A stretch of DNA of 64,000 nucleotides from Camelus ferus (lineage: Eukaryota), in contig NC_045696.1 in the NCBI RefSeq assembly GCF_009834535.1, forward strand, positions 66,590,001 to 66,654,000, in the 5' to 3' direction. The translations under genes were made by a program, and so were the position numbers. Shown one piece after another: positions 13,108 to 26,351 of the stretch; the first letter of the stretch is position 1; every line of letters starts with the position of its first letter. The notes beneath the pieces are model-generated. The model was not told the origin of the DNA. It saw only the letters and a program-made list of their open reading frames with translations, and searched no databases.

Positions 13108-16029
13108 TTACAATGTGCTCTTGTAAATTATGATCAACTACTTTTCTATTGGGCCCGAGGTGAGGGAGGGGTTCATCTTCCAGCTTTTTGAAGAATTTCA
13201 CAATAAGAATTGAGTATATACTTAATAAATGACAGTCTTTCTTATTTTAATTTTTATGAGTATTGTAAAGTGCTTTGCAAAGTATTGGCAAATTCTTCTT
13301 AAGAAGCTCATGAATAAAATCGTGTGATATAGAGGTCACAAAGAAAGTAAGATTCTGAGCTCACAAAGAGGGACATTGGGTTTCTATTTTTTTTCCCCAC
13401 AGAAACAAACAAGATTCTTTACAAGTTAAAGTGATGACTACTGCAATAGTCAAGAAACGCTGGCAAAACGGGGGTATGAAATGAGTGACAGCCACCTTCC
13501 CAAGAAATTTTTAAAGAGGATTATTGCTATGTTTCCAAAAACAGTAGCAGGAAGGAAAGGTCAGAGATGTCTTGGCCCAGACTGTCTTTTCGGTAACGAT
13601 TAGTCACCCTCTGACACCTCGAGGGAGAACTCTGGACCACAGCACAGAGTGTTACGAGGACTTCCCAGTCGTTCAGTCTTACCCTGTCCTAAAGTTTAAA
13701 AGCAAAAATAACAGTAAGCTACCAATAAACCACACAGTAATTTCATTTGATCCGTGGCAGATATGACTTGCCCGCATCCCATCACTGAGATAGGACACTC
13801 TCCTTTCCCAGCAGGCATCCAAGTCTTGGCTATCTCTTCTTAGGAAGTTAGACAATACACAGACAGCTTGAGGGGTTTTGTCCAATTAATAAGCACGCGC
13901 ATATTTTTTGGCTAATACTTTCAGTTCTGTGTGTGTGTATGTTTTTTTTTTTTTTTCAAAAACTCAAGAACTTTCTGTTTTAAATAGTCTCTAATCTGAA
14001 ATAGCATGATTAGAAGCTTTTCTTCTTTGCTTTAGTGTTTTCCTTACCCTGAAAGATGGTTTTTATTTAGGTAAGAAATTTTCTAGCAGACTTAACTGAT
14101 AGACTCTGTTGTTCCACTGAGCTCATATGGGTAACCTCATTTGACAGTGACTGTTCACCGTCAGTGTTCAACATTCAGCTGTAAACATCAGATTAAAACT
14201 TCAGTAGAGTGTTTAGAAAAAACAAGAGTCCATTAATCAGGCTCAGGACAATAAGTAATTGAAAAAAAGGGTATAAGCAGTTTGGCAAAAGTAAGTGCTT
14301 TAAAAAGACGAGTTCTTCCTTTCCAACTTACTCCACAGAGGAAAGTTACTCTTTAAATATGTCATTTCTCGTCTAATCCTTACCAAACAACATTTTGAAA
14401 GCTGTAAATATTTACTTATAACCATGACTACATTTTAGTCTCACATTCCATAAATGCAAAGATCAATTCATTTTCTACACTAACATGTACACCTAACTTG
14501 TGAATTACCATGTGTTCTTTAAAGCTAAAAATGACTAAATTGACATGTAGTAAAAAATTTAATTACCAGAAATTTCCTTTACTAAGGAGAGAGGGGTTAT
14601 CTTTTGAATAATTTGCACCTTTTCTGTGTCCGAAAAAACTCTGAGTTACCTTGCTAAAGCAATTATTTGTATAATTAAAATTTTGGAACAGAAACAAAAA
14701 CAAAAACCCAAAGAAAAAACAGAAATATACTAGCTTCAGTTTGATATACTAGAAACCTATCATAATTCAGTTACTGTAAATGAGAATAAAATTTAGTTCT
14801 CAGTTTCCTAGTAAGACAAAAAGGGCAAGCACACTATTTCATGTAGCCCTCAATGTCTGCTAAAATTAATTTAAAAAGTAGTCAGGAAAATCAAATAACT
14901 ATTTACTGTAACTGAATTATGAAAACAATTCAATATATGGGGCTTTTTTTTTTTTTAACAAGGTAAAGGACTGTAATACACCAGAAATTGTGGAATAAGA
15001 ATGAAAAGTTATTTTTTATATAGCTATTTTTTGGCTCTAAAAATCTGACTCTACTGTATGGAATCGTTTAGGAATTTCCTAAGATTGAATTCTCATTAAG
15101 AAATCTGGTCTTTACATTTGGAGCCCGGTAATTTGTAGGATTTAGTTTAACTGAGTAGTTCAAACAAACCGCAAATTTCGCTTCAAAATTTGATGGGTCT
15201 TTATTTGAACAGTATTCTTTTAATATATTGTTCAGTTATTTAAAGTTGATTTGTTTATTTACTTATTTGGTTCTGTGGAGGAAAATTAACTTTGGGTTGG
15301 CAAAAGTTTGAGGTCAGTTTGGAGACATGAGCAAGGGCTGAAATAATTACAAAAATGTCAGGTGTCACCATTATTTCAAAAAAAAAAAAAAAAAAAGGCT
15401 TCCTGCTTCATAAAAGGAAGACTAAGGTTTTTAGCCCATGGAATTTTAGTGTTTCGTATGATATAGGTGCTCTAATCCGGTGACTTCCCTTCTGCCCAGC
15501 TAGTGGGACTGTACTGCTGACTAGAACTTAAACATTCTGCTGGGGCTTAGAAACAAGATGTCTATTTACATGTTTGGCGGTTGGTAAGAAATACCTCCTA
15601 TGGGGTTAAGAATTCTCTGAAGTTGCTGTATTGTGAAATTGAAGTAAAGATTTATCCTGATTGTAGAAAAAGGCTTCAGAAGATAGAACGTAATCTTAAA
15701 TATTCTATTTCAAAAGTACGCAGTGTTCTTCACATGTTTTAATGTGCTTTAGAATTAGCCCCTTTTCTTTCTTGCGCATGTCTTAACGAGCTGTTCTAAG
15801 CTCATATTCAAAATACTTGAGCTTCATATTTCTGCTAATTCAGAAGAGAGGGAACTTGTATATCTTCCCTAAAATAAGTTTGGAAATTTTAGAATTATTT
15901 CCTTTTGTACTATGCGTCCATCATCTGAATTGAGAAACATTGCTATGGCCAGGATAGGCAAAGTGGAAAGGAAGAGAAAGGAACGGAAGAGAGGGGGGAA
16001 GAAGAAAAGGGCAGACCTATGCTGTCCTA

Positions 16030-16176
16030 TTTTTTTTTTATTACTGAAGTATAGTCAGTTTACAATGTTGTGTCAATTTTTGACCCAGCAATCCCACTCC
16101 TGGGCATATATCCAGAGGGAACTTTAACTCAAAAATATACTTGCGCCCCAATGTTCAGAGCAGGACTATTCACAAT
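16030..16176. mobile_element. Small 5'-inverted LINE-1 insertion (antisense 3' terminus joined to a sense ORF2 piece)
   Basis: 16030-16080 is the reverse complement of the L1 3' terminus and poly(A). 16081-16176 is a sense ORF2 segment (DPAIPLLGIYP). Confidence 0.8.
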
Positions 16177-16199
16177 GTGCTGTTTTTACTTTGCGATGA

Positions 16200-16850
16200 A
16201 ACGCATTCTCTCTGACTTGAATTACTATAGTGTTCTCCTGCTTGCTACCAAAGGTCTGTTTTCCACATAGCAGTCTGAATTCTCATTTGAAAATATGGAT
16301 TAGGTAGTTTAAAATTCTTTGATGGTTTCCTCTTGCACTTAGAATAACATTCAAACTCTTTACTGTAGCCTGTAAGTGATTTGTCCTCTAACTTCTCAAA
16401 TCTCTCTTCTTAGTCTCTACTCTGCTTTGAAAACATGTCAAGATTTTTTCCATTTCAGAGCCCTTTCACTTGACTTTCTTTTGCCCGGAACACTCTTCCT
16501 CCTGTTCTGCCCATGACCGGCTTCTCAACACTTAAGTCTCAGCTCAAAATTCCCATAGCAGAGACATTCCTTGACTAATTTATCTAAAGGAGTGCTGCTC
16601 TCCCTCAGCCCAGCCAACTCTTATCGTGCAGTTTGTTCACTTAATTCTTCATAGCACTTAGTGCAATCTAAACTTATGTTCATTGAGATTTATTTACCTG
16701 AGCCTTGTCCCCTTGGATGAGGCGGTAAGCATCTGGGAAGCAGGGTCTTTGTCTGTTTTGGCCATGGAGGTATTCTCATCCGCTATCTCAGTCCCTGGCA
16801 GAGATTTAGTGCAAAATAAATATTTGCTGAATAAGTGGATGAGTGAAATA
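16200..16850 (+). mobile_element. L2 3' end
   Basis: ttgcacttagaataacattcaaactctttact...agtctcagctcaaa...aataaatatttgctgaataagtggatgagtgaa terminus. Confidence 0.75.
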
Positions 16851-19800
16851 AAGAATCTGAGTATGGCTGGAGTTCTGGGCCTATGTGTGTTGAAAAGAGG
16901 AATGGTAAATTACAAAATGTCTTGAAGTTTTTCTAGAACTTTTCTAGGGAAGGTTTGTATAGTGGTAAATCAGAGGAAGTTATGCTAGAAAGATAGGGAG
17001 GGGGTGAAATCCTGCAATTTCTTGAGTTGCCATGGTGCATAGTTTCTGGAATCTCTTTTGTGGTCAATGGAGAGCCATTCTTTAAACCTTCACTTTTAAG
17101 CAGTTAATATGTACTTCTGAGATGCTCCTTTTATTATTAATTACAGAAAACCATCTGTGTGTCCTAAAAGTTTCATTCACTCACCGGTGGACAGAGTAAC
17201 TTCCAAATATCTGCAGGGTGTTGATTTAATCAGTCTTGGTTTCTTTTCCTGTGCAGCATGGCTGGCAGGAAAAAATGTTTGCCTTAGTTCTTCACAGCTT
17301 GAGATGAAATGGCCCAGAGCTTCCTGAAGGCATTTCTTACCAGTATTTCTCATGTCTCAGCGGAGCAGCGGGCTCCCCTAAAAGTATGATACCACCTTGT
17401 TGAATCATTCCCCTTTCTCAGTTGTACTGTATTTTACAATTTAATTTTCTAATGCGTAGAGTTACCCTCACATTAGGGTTATCCTCTCCTGTGGTATATT
17501 TTATTTTAGTCTTAAAGGAAGTCCAGTTTGAAGCCTTTACATGCATGCAGTTAGCTTCTTGTTTGTTTCAATAGAGTAGTGGGTAGATCCTTCCTTAGCT
17601 GAAACCTAGTACATATAAGACCTTGTAATAATCTCCATCCAATAACACAGTGTTGTGCATAGCATACACATGTTCACCTGGACTTTTCCTACCACTTCAG
17701 ATGGATGTATCTAATTTCAAAAATGGAGTGCAAAGATATCAAACTTCCAGTTAAAATAATGGCCGGTTTTATAGTCTCTGACTGCCAATTCTAATTTCCT
17801 GAACTGGCTCACAATAATTTAAAAGCCAGTACATGAACAAGTTTTATGATTCAACCTTAAGTCATAGAGTGTTCTTTATATTTGTATTGGGGAAGATAGT
17901 ACTATGTTTAATACCAATGTGGTCAATTTTAAGAGAAGGAACCAATTCATCAACATTGGCTGACAATTTTCAAGAGCTACTGAAGGCACATTCATCAGTG
18001 ATGATCAGTACTGGAAGCTCTCAGTGTGAATGATGACTTCAGAGATGTTGTTATTTCAACCTACGTCCCTTCAGTCCATTATAGCTTATGAAGTACACTC
18101 ACATGTAATTCACTTTCTGATTTGTAAGTATTTACTTAAAGCTTTTTTCTCTTAGACATATCATAGGCATCATCTATACGTAAAGTAGATGGAAAACAAC
18201 AACAAAAATAAATGTCATGTGGTCCCTATCCTCAGAGAGCTCGACCAGGAGAGACAAATATACTCGGGTAGATGCCGTGTTCAGCAGAGTATGATAAGTA
18301 CCAGTAGTGGATATGGTGATTTTGCAGTGCTTGCCAAAAGCTAAGGGGAGGAGAAAGAATCTCTTAGAGAAAGCAGGATTTAAGGTTGGCCTTAGAGGAT
18401 ATGTTAGATTTCAGTAAGAAAAGACAGAGGATCTCTAGGTCAGTGGAACAGCCTGAGCAAAACATGAAGGTAGGAAATTGAAAAATGTATAAAAATGTAT
18501 CTATGCTCCTTCAACGTCAATGGCTGATGTTATAAAGCTAGACTGTGTCACTGCTAACCTGTTTTGATCATGATTTATAATTTGACTCAACTGGAGGTAG
18601 TTTCCACCAACTGCAAGTGTCTTACTACATCTCCATGAATATGTCAATGAGAATTGTAGACTATACATGCCCATCATTAAGAAGAGTATATTTGCATCTC
18701 TGAAATAGATAGATCATATATAAATTGCATTTTGTCAGTTTTTTTGGGGGGATTAGTGATTTCTGAAGCACATTTTTATGTTACACAATTAAATCCTTCC
18801 AAAATCTTGTGTAATAGGTGGTGGTATTGGGGTTTCATGAGCATTAAAGGAGAACTTTAGGAGAACTGAGACACAAATGTTTAAATGACTTTTTCCAGGG
18901 TCACCTGATCAATAAATGTAGACATATGCCCAATTTAGAACATGTTCTTTTTCCTCTATATCTATATACTTGGCACTACGTAGATGTCCATACAATTCAT
19001 ATTTATCTATGTTGGTGTATGAGAAATTGAGGAATTTAAATTAAGAAAGAAACCAGGTCCAAAATTAGTGATTTTGACAGCCAAAATAATTCTGGGACCA
19101 CAGAACTGAGAACAAAGGTAAAAGTGAAAGGAAAAGCTGATTTCAGGCAAGATTTAATGGAAGAAAATGCCAGTAGCTAAGCTTATGCAAATTAAAAAGA
19201 AAAAAAAAAGGCTTTACCATTATTAGTTAAGGATATGAGATCTTAAAATAAGGCAGTTTGTGTTTTCTATGGTGAGAGATAAGATTCTTTATGTTTCATG
19301 AGATGGCAGTGACTGGAGGCTTAGAAACCTACTTTTTTCTTTTTCTTACTAATATTTGAGTGGCCAGACTATCAAAAGCTGATTCAGTTGAATCCTATAT
19401 GCCTTCTATGATTTTATATTTACTTGCTCAATAACAATGAGTTTCACTCTTCATACTTCAAAATAGACCAAACATGATTTGGATTTCACCTTGAAAATGA
19501 CTAATATTACTGTGAATATTCACTTTTCGGAAATGGGGCAAAAGGCTCAGTCTGTAGACATTCTCCATGACTAAAGCATAGGACAAAATGTCTTAAACTG
19601 AGTAAAAATGCATCGTCGCACATTACATGGAGAGCGGCATATTAAGTGGTTTAAGAGGAGATTTATGGTGTCTATGCAGGTTATTAAAACTCTTCCTTTT
19701 GTATTAATGAGACTACAACTTGTAAGTTTGGAATCAGTACCTCAGTCAAAGGAATGTGGTAGAGCATTTTGTGCGCTGCATTTAGTATCTCTTACGGATT

Positions 19801-20312
19801 GGAATAATTCATTCATTTTAACTTTGTGTTCTTTATATTCTGACAACAAATTTGGAGTGGGAGGTAGGTATATCCAGCATCCCCAGTCTCATCTTTTGGA
19901 AAGTCATAATTTGTTTATACTTCTACTGTCAGGATTAAAGGCAAAAAGAACAAAAAGAAAAGAGAAAATAAAAGACAAAAATGTTGAAAATGTGAATTAG
20001 AGGTGGCACAGCCTCGGCAGCTTTTTCCTTAATCATAAAACAAACAGAAGCATGTAGGTTCAATTTCCCAGAAAACACAGATGGCTTAGAAAAGAGGGGG
20101 AAGAGAAGGAACTTGGAACAAAGCACATGTATCCATTTTCACCAAAGCCGTAATATTTACGTGTCATTTTAGGAACTGTCTATTAACCTCCTGTCCTTTA
20201 GCGTGGAGGCTGTGTATAGTGAATGTGAACTTGAACCCAGCCCTGACACTTCCAGTCTGTGAGACCTTGGACTGGTACTGAACCTGGTTTAGAAATATTT
20301 GCCTTCATTTGG

Positions 20313-20346
<34 letters not shown>

Positions 20347-20354
20347 CTTTATAG

Positions 20355-20507
20355 CTTAACCAGCTGGATAAGGCAGTGGAAGCAGCCCACACCTTTTTCA
20401 TGGCCAACCCCGAGCACATGGAAATGCAGCAGAATATCGAGAATTACAGAACCATGGCCGGAGTCGAAGCCCTCCAGCTGGTAGATCGGGAAGCCAAACC
20501 ACACCTG
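20355..20507 (+). CDS. P3H2: P3H2 coding exon 2 (153 nt), LNQLDKAVEAAHTFFMANPEHMEMQQNIENYRTMAGVEALQLVDREAKPHL
   Basis: T29 tract and ttatag acceptor at 20351-20354; gtgag donor at 20508. The translation is recognisable as the P3H2/leprecan-family N-terminal region. Exon numbering follows the human gene as recalled. Confidence 0.96.
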
Positions 20508-21404
20508 GTGAGCTCTGGGCACCCTGCCCTGACTCTCACTGGACTCAAAGCAGGTTCCTATGAATGGATAGCTCAGATTGATTCCCAGTTTCTGATTCTG
20601 TACCAGTTTTATACTTTCGGAATTCCCAGACGAAATACCATAATTCAGGGTTGAAAACATTGAGAGAAAATAAAAATTAACTTAGAAAATCAGTATAATA
20701 TGGTGAAAAGTAGGATGTGATGTGAACATCTGTAACCCTCTCTGAGCCTCAGCACCCCCTCTAGCACTTTTTAAAAAATTTTGCCACCGGAGAAAAAGCC
20801 CATGTGAATTTCCTGGGAGCTGGGAAACATTGTGGTTTCCCAGTTCCCAGTCCCAGTTCTGGTTTTTCCAGTACTTTCCAAATTCTGATTACTTTTTCTT
20901 AAGCTACGTAAGTGTGTCTTTAAATGAAATCTTACTTGAAATCACAATATGTGGAAAGGGCTTCTTTTTCAATTGGAGACATCACCATTCTCAGCATGTG
21001 GCATCCCAGATGATGGAAGACAAAGGTAAGAGGATGATTTTAGATAGGTCTTTTTTTTTTTTTCTTTTCATTTAAAAAAAAAAAAAAGATCCACCCACAT
21101 CACTTTGTTGCATGGCCTTACCTATATTCAAAAGAGGTTACAAAATACAGTCTTGAGTGAGCTCAGGAAGAAAATGGAATGGATTGATGTGACAGCAGTC
21201 GGCTTGCTCAGTCAGTCCCTCCTCATTTCTGAGGAGTTGATGCCAGAGAAGTTACCCTTTACCTCCCAGAGCAACCTTTCTTTATCATCCACTGCACAAG
21301 AGTCCTATCCCCCACCTACCTAAGTGACCCAGAGTCTGCCTGAATCCATTCAAATGCCCCTTAGGTGCTCTTTGAAAAAAAAAGTCTTTTCTGTTTCTTC
21401 ACAG

Positions 21405-21594
21405 GAGAGTTACAGTGCAGGAGTAAAACACTATGAGGCTGATGACTTTGAACTAGCTATCAAGTACTTTGAACAAGCTTTAAGAGAATATTTCAACGAA
21501 GATATGGAGTGCAGAGCCCTGTGTGAGGGGCCGCAGAGATTTGAGGAGTATGAGTTCTTAGGGTATAAAGCCGGTCTCTACGAAGCCATTGCAG
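21405..21594 (+). CDS. P3H2: P3H2 coding exon 3 (190 nt), ESYSAGVKHYEADDFELAIKYFEQALREYFNEDMECRALCEGPQRFEEYEFLGYKAGLYEAIA
   Basis: ttcacag acceptor and gtaaag donor at 21595. TPR-like helix and CXXXC motif (CRALC). Phase 0 in, phase 1 out. Confidence 0.97.
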
Positions 21595-22205
21595 GTAAAG
21601 TTTATTTTTTCCCTTGACTTCCTGATTATAGAAATATTATATGCCATCTGTGAAACTATTCAACCATATGGAAGCATATGTTGTAATAAGTATACATTGT
21701 AAAAAGATTTTCATATATGTACCCCATCCTGTCTCCGGTAGATCACTTTACCTAGTTTAAATCTGGTGACTGTGCTCCCAAACTTTTTCAGACACATTTG
21801 TAAATATTTACGTATTTATTTGTAAGTATTATTTTACTTTTATAGAAATAAGACAATAACATAAATTACTGATTTTCAGCTTATCTTTGCTTTTGTTTTA
21901 TGCTTAACAATATATTGAGGACATCTTCTCACGTAAGTACATGTGGACCCACCTTATTGTATTTGATGGCTATATGATGTTGCATTATATGGGGGAAAAC
22001 GCAATGTTCCATTATGTATAATACAATGTTCCATTATAAGGTCTGGTCATAATTTACAGATGAATATTAAGGAAGTTATAATTTTTTCATTACGATAAAC
22101 AATGTAGTAATGAATAGCTTTGTACAGTCTTCTTCAATTACTTATGAATGTATTATTATATATAGGAATTTAATATATTACAAAGTGGCATTTAAAATAG
22201 TAGGT

Positions 22206-22369
22206 GGAGCAAGGAGGGTGTAACTCAGGGGTAGAGTGTGTGTTTAGCATGCACCAGGTCCTGGGTTCAATCCCCAGTCCCTCTATTAAAAAAATAATAA
22301 AATAAAATATGAAAATAAACAAATAAACCTAATTACTCCCCTCCCCCCAAAAAAGATGCTGAAATAAAA
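22206..22369 (+). mobile_element. tRNA-Ala-derived camelid SINE (Vic-1-like), long-tail form
   Basis: A-box and B-box (ggttcaatccc), A-rich linker, then aataaacctaattactcccc extension. Perfect TSD taaaatagtaggt (22193-22205 and 22370-22382). Confidence 0.88.
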
Positions 22370-22789
22370 TAAAATAGTAGGTAAAGTGCATTGTATACTA
22401 ATTGGGGAGACTGGCTAGCTAACCACTTATGGTGGGAAGTGAGTTCTCTGCTGCGTATGAAAAAATATACACAAATTCTATTATGTTAATAATATGTGTA
22501 AAAAATACAACTGTTAGAAGAAAATGCAAGAGACTATTTGTGTAAGAATAGGAAAGCCCTTCTTAGCACGACAACAGACAAGAAACTTGAAGAAAAAGAC
22601 TTTACATAAGATTTATAAATATAAAAGCCAGCTATAAATCAAGTTGATTTATAATAGCAAGTGGAAAAATTTGCAAAATGTTTATGGGAAAATAGTAACT
22701 TTAATCTTTAAGCAGAGTATGTGAATTATTATTACTAGTGGTAGTTTATTTCTTATTTATTGGTAATAAGAATAAGAAAAACTTATTTA

Positions 22790-22990
22790 GCAGTTACAGT
22801 ACACAGAGCATTTTACATAGTTATATTTATTTTAATCCTCAAAACAGTTCCTTGTAGGTAGACAGTACTGGTTATTTACCCTCTTCTCCCCTTTTAAGTG
22901 AGGAATTTATACCTCAGAAAAATTAAGTAACGTGATTAAGGTGAAGCTGGGCATCAAACCTAGGGTTTTCTCATTCTAGAGCCCATACTT
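22790..22990 (-). mobile_element. MIR
   Basis: ttatttaatcctcaaaacagttccttgtaggtag...aattaagtaacgtgattaaggt. Confidence 0.65.
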
Positions 22991-23018
22991 GGAAGGTCTA
23001 CACAATTGAAAAACGGAC

Positions 23019-23101
23019 ATATATGTATATACACACCAGATCTTCTTTATCCGTCCATGGATGGACACTTAAGGTGCTTCCATATCTTGGCTACTGTGAA
23101 T
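23019..23101 (-). mobile_element. Short internal LINE-1 ORF2 fragment
   Basis: gatggacacttaaggtgcttccatatcttggctactgtgaat is antisense to the ORF2 region found at 44766-44815. Confidence 0.7.
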
Positions 23102-25618
23102 CTATCAGTTTGTCAAATGACCTATTTGCAACACATTAAACTACCCCAAATCGACGCAGTTCACCTAAAATCAATACAAATATTGGAATTATTGGGGACC
23201 TTTGCCCCCAAAGGCTTTGTTTTGTTGGGCCTCTGCCAGAGCCATTTACCTGCATTTTTGTCAGCACTGCTCATTGAAACGTCAGTTTCATGTGTGCTTC
23301 ACATTTAAATTGCTGACTATTTCTTTAACTTAAGCTTTTATTTGGGAATGAGCAGGCTTTTGCTTGATTACAGTTTACTATCTTGTGGTTTTTGAGGATA
23401 GGTGCCCTGCCTCCGTGCCCACATCCATCGCTACACCTGCCTCTACCCCTGGCCACTGAACAGCTTTGGCAAATGTCCTAGATCTGCTTTGAGAAAACTG
23501 ACCAACAAATTCCCACAGATTAACCTTTAGTGATTTTTCTGAGGTCATCACAGCTGTTGGTTGCTGGAAAAGAAGTCTCCTAACTCAGGCTCCTAAGACT
23601 TAACACAGCACCATTACCCTCACTTCCAATAAAGAAAAGTGACTTAAAAAAAAGTTATAGTCTCTCAAATTCAATCAAATATTATATATTACAGAAATAT
23701 TCTAAGTCTTCTTGAGGATTTGAAGCACATCTGATTTACTATGAGAAAGAAATCTTTAAAAGTATTCCTATATAAGTGTCTTGGATCTCAAATGTATTAA
23801 AACATAGTAATTGCCCAGTAACATTTGATACAGGAAAGAGGCAAGCAATATGACTAATAAAAATGGGCTATCACAACTCTAACTATGTAAATTCCTGTCT
23901 GGCTCAAAACTATCCTAAATTAGGAGTAAAACTGGCTTGTGAAAATACAGAATGCATTTAGAAAGCCAGAATTTGTGGATTTAAGAGATATAGAAACATT
24001 ACAAATTGGAGACAAGCACAAATGGCTTCTGAATGTAGTTATTTATCACCAGGAGTGCTTGCTGAAGCCTTAAAGGATAGCATTTTGTCACTCTTACTTT
24101 ACTGCTGTTTGTGTCTTGCTTTGAAAAATGCTTTCATTCAGATTTTGGATTCTTGGTGGGTGTGCTTCCCACCTTTTCCTTTTGCTTGTCTTTTGGAATT
24201 AAAAGGTAAAGAGAAAAGCAAATGGCCAGCTAGACCAGGAGAAAACAGTTGAGGTTTGTTTGTTGTCTTCTTAAGAAATAAAACAGCTAACTATTTATTT
24301 CTAACATGCCAATCAAGGAAACAGAACATATTCTCCCCCTCATGTCCTCCAAGTGGAATTAATGACCAAAAAAAAAAAACCAAAACAAAACAAACAAAAA
24401 AAAAAACCACCAGTGGACCACCATGATCCTATTAGGTGTGCTGTATTGGATTGAGTCGGCCAGGATTTAAGAGAACTGGCACATTTTCCTACACACCAGA
24501 GAACATATATTTCCTTTCTGTTGTGTTTTGAGGTCCCTTTTCAAGGTCATCCAGATACAAGCCAAACTCTGACTAACAGAGAGCCTTTTGAGAGGAAGCA
24601 GTCGTGAATTAGACCGTGCAGTCATGAATCGGGTGGTTTTATCACTATTCCCCAGGGAACTCGCTCTGCACAAACATGAATGGACTGTTCTCTTAACGGA
24701 AAAGACTCCCTCCATCTTCATTGTCAAAATCAGAGTCGGGGCAAAATGTAGGAAGGATTTTCTTCCTGGGACATTAGCCACTTGTGTTTCCTCAGCTCAT
24801 GTTCGGATAAGATAGAGCCCAGAGCTAAAGGGAACGTGAAAACCCATACACTTCAAGATCCTTGCCCATTTGCAGGTGCAAGAATGGAAACAAAGAAAGG
24901 GGACCACAGGAAAAGAGGCAAAATGCGTCTTCAAATTCTTCAGCTTTCATCCTTCTGTTTTACAGGTGCCTACAGTATTAGGGTTTACAACATCCAGGTG
25001 ATGGACTAATTTGTAACTGGATAGAAGAGGTTCTTGATTAACAGATGTAAAGGAATGTTGTTTTCACTCCCCCTATAGGAAAAGTTGCTTGAAAAGTTAA
25101 CAGGGAAGAAGAGCGTTCTGGCTTTACTTCTCTGTGTGAACTCCCCAAGTACAGGCAGATCCTTTCTCTCACCTGGTCCTTAACATATCCTGGATCTGAC
25201 CTTCCGATCCTGACTCCAGGACACTTCAGACCACCTAAAGGCCAAAGAGAGACCCCAATTTCTTATTGTTAAATAAGAAAGTCATCTGCTCAGCTGGGCA
25301 GGGGTGAGATGGCCGATGTCACTTTGAGGAGATGTAGATAAAAGGACACACAGAAGGGTACAGTGCAATATGGAGGCAAGACCAGCAGCCGGAAGATTTG
25401 GAATCCTGCTAGTCATTGATCTAGTGATCACTGGGACGGGGGGTTTGGCAAGTCACTTTTTTTGTGAAAAGGACTTCTGGTTACAAAGTGAGGATGATAA
25501 TGACATGCTTCTCAATGTACGGTGAGGTGAGGAATGCCCTGTGTGACCGTGGTTCTCACTTTCAAGTCTGGACTTTGAGTGGCCTGGAGGGACCCACTTC
25601 TCAGCTCTTGTCTTCCAG

Positions 25619-25750
25619 ATCACTACATGCAGGTGCTGGTCTGTCAGCATGAATGCGTGAGGGAACTCGCCACGCGCCCTGGCCGCCTCTCACCCATCGA
25701 GAACTTTCTTCCCCTGCATTATGACTACCTACAGTTTGCCTACTATCGAG
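25619..25750 (+). CDS. P3H2: P3H2 coding exon 4 (132 nt), (D)HYMQVLVCQHECVRELATRPGRLSPIENFLPLHYDYLQFAYYR
   Basis: cttccag acceptor and gtaaag donor at 25751. CXXXC motif (CQHEC). Frame continuous with exon 3. Confidence 0.97.
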
Positions 25751-26158
25751 GTAAAGCGTGGATAATCCGTGAAGACCTTTGTGGGGAGGGGTGGCTCATC
25801 ATAGCAGACATCTTGTCTTCATCAGTTTCGTCCTCTGCCTTCCCGAGTTTATGATCAAGCCGTGGGGGTGTGTGCGTTTTCTCTCTCACCTCACTCTCTA
25901 GAGCTCAGAACAAAAAGAGCAACAGGTGGAGCCACGAGTGGGCCAATGTTGTGACAATGTCCTGAAAGTTATACAACACTGATATTTTATAGGATGTTTA
26001 AATTTAATTTTCAAATTAATTTTGAAAGATAATATACTCACAGTTTCAAAGACCAAATATCATAAAAGCTTCCCTTTCTTTTCCCCACAACTCAATTTTA
26101 TGCCCTACAACCCGAGATTTATTTACCCTTCCAAAATTTTATAGAGAAACAACACACA

Positions 26159-26160
<2 letters not shown>

Positions 26161-26196
<36 letters not shown>
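26161..26196. repeat. (CA)18 microsatellite
   Basis: Read directly from the sequence. Confidence 0.95.
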
Positions 26197-26201
<5 letters not shown>

Positions 26202-26270
26202 ACCTGTTTCCTCCTCTTTACACTGTTCTCCACATTGTTTGCTTCAATTAACAACACATTTCAGATTTTT

Positions 26271-26351
26271 TAGTAGGTTGGACCTATGAAATTACCTTTT
26301 GCTTGGTCAAAAGTGGTCTAATTTTGGGAGTTTTATATGGTTCAATCTAAT
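26271..26351. mobile_element. MADE2-like mariner MITE
   Basis: About 80 bp with terminal inverted repeats tagtaggttggacctatgaaatt / ttttatatggttcaatctaat. Confidence 0.75.

Larger units (their letters stand above)
1..20354 (+). other. P3H2: 3' part of P3H2 intron 1 (exon 1 and promoter lie outside the window)
   Basis: No signal-peptide-encoding or CpG-island exon is visible upstream of exon 2; the region is AT-rich and repeat-rich. Confidence 0.85.

Noticed and set aside
1..20354. Hidden gene or P3H2 exon 1 within the upstream 20 kb
   Set aside because: No CpG island, signal-peptide exon or chain of spliceable coding exons was seen; the short ORFs are repeat-derived or random.
21402..21407. 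NAGNAG acceptor CAG-GAG at exon 3 (same at exon 15, 51981-51986)
   Set aside because: A distal GAG is rarely used when the proximal site is CAG, and there is no evidence of alternative use.
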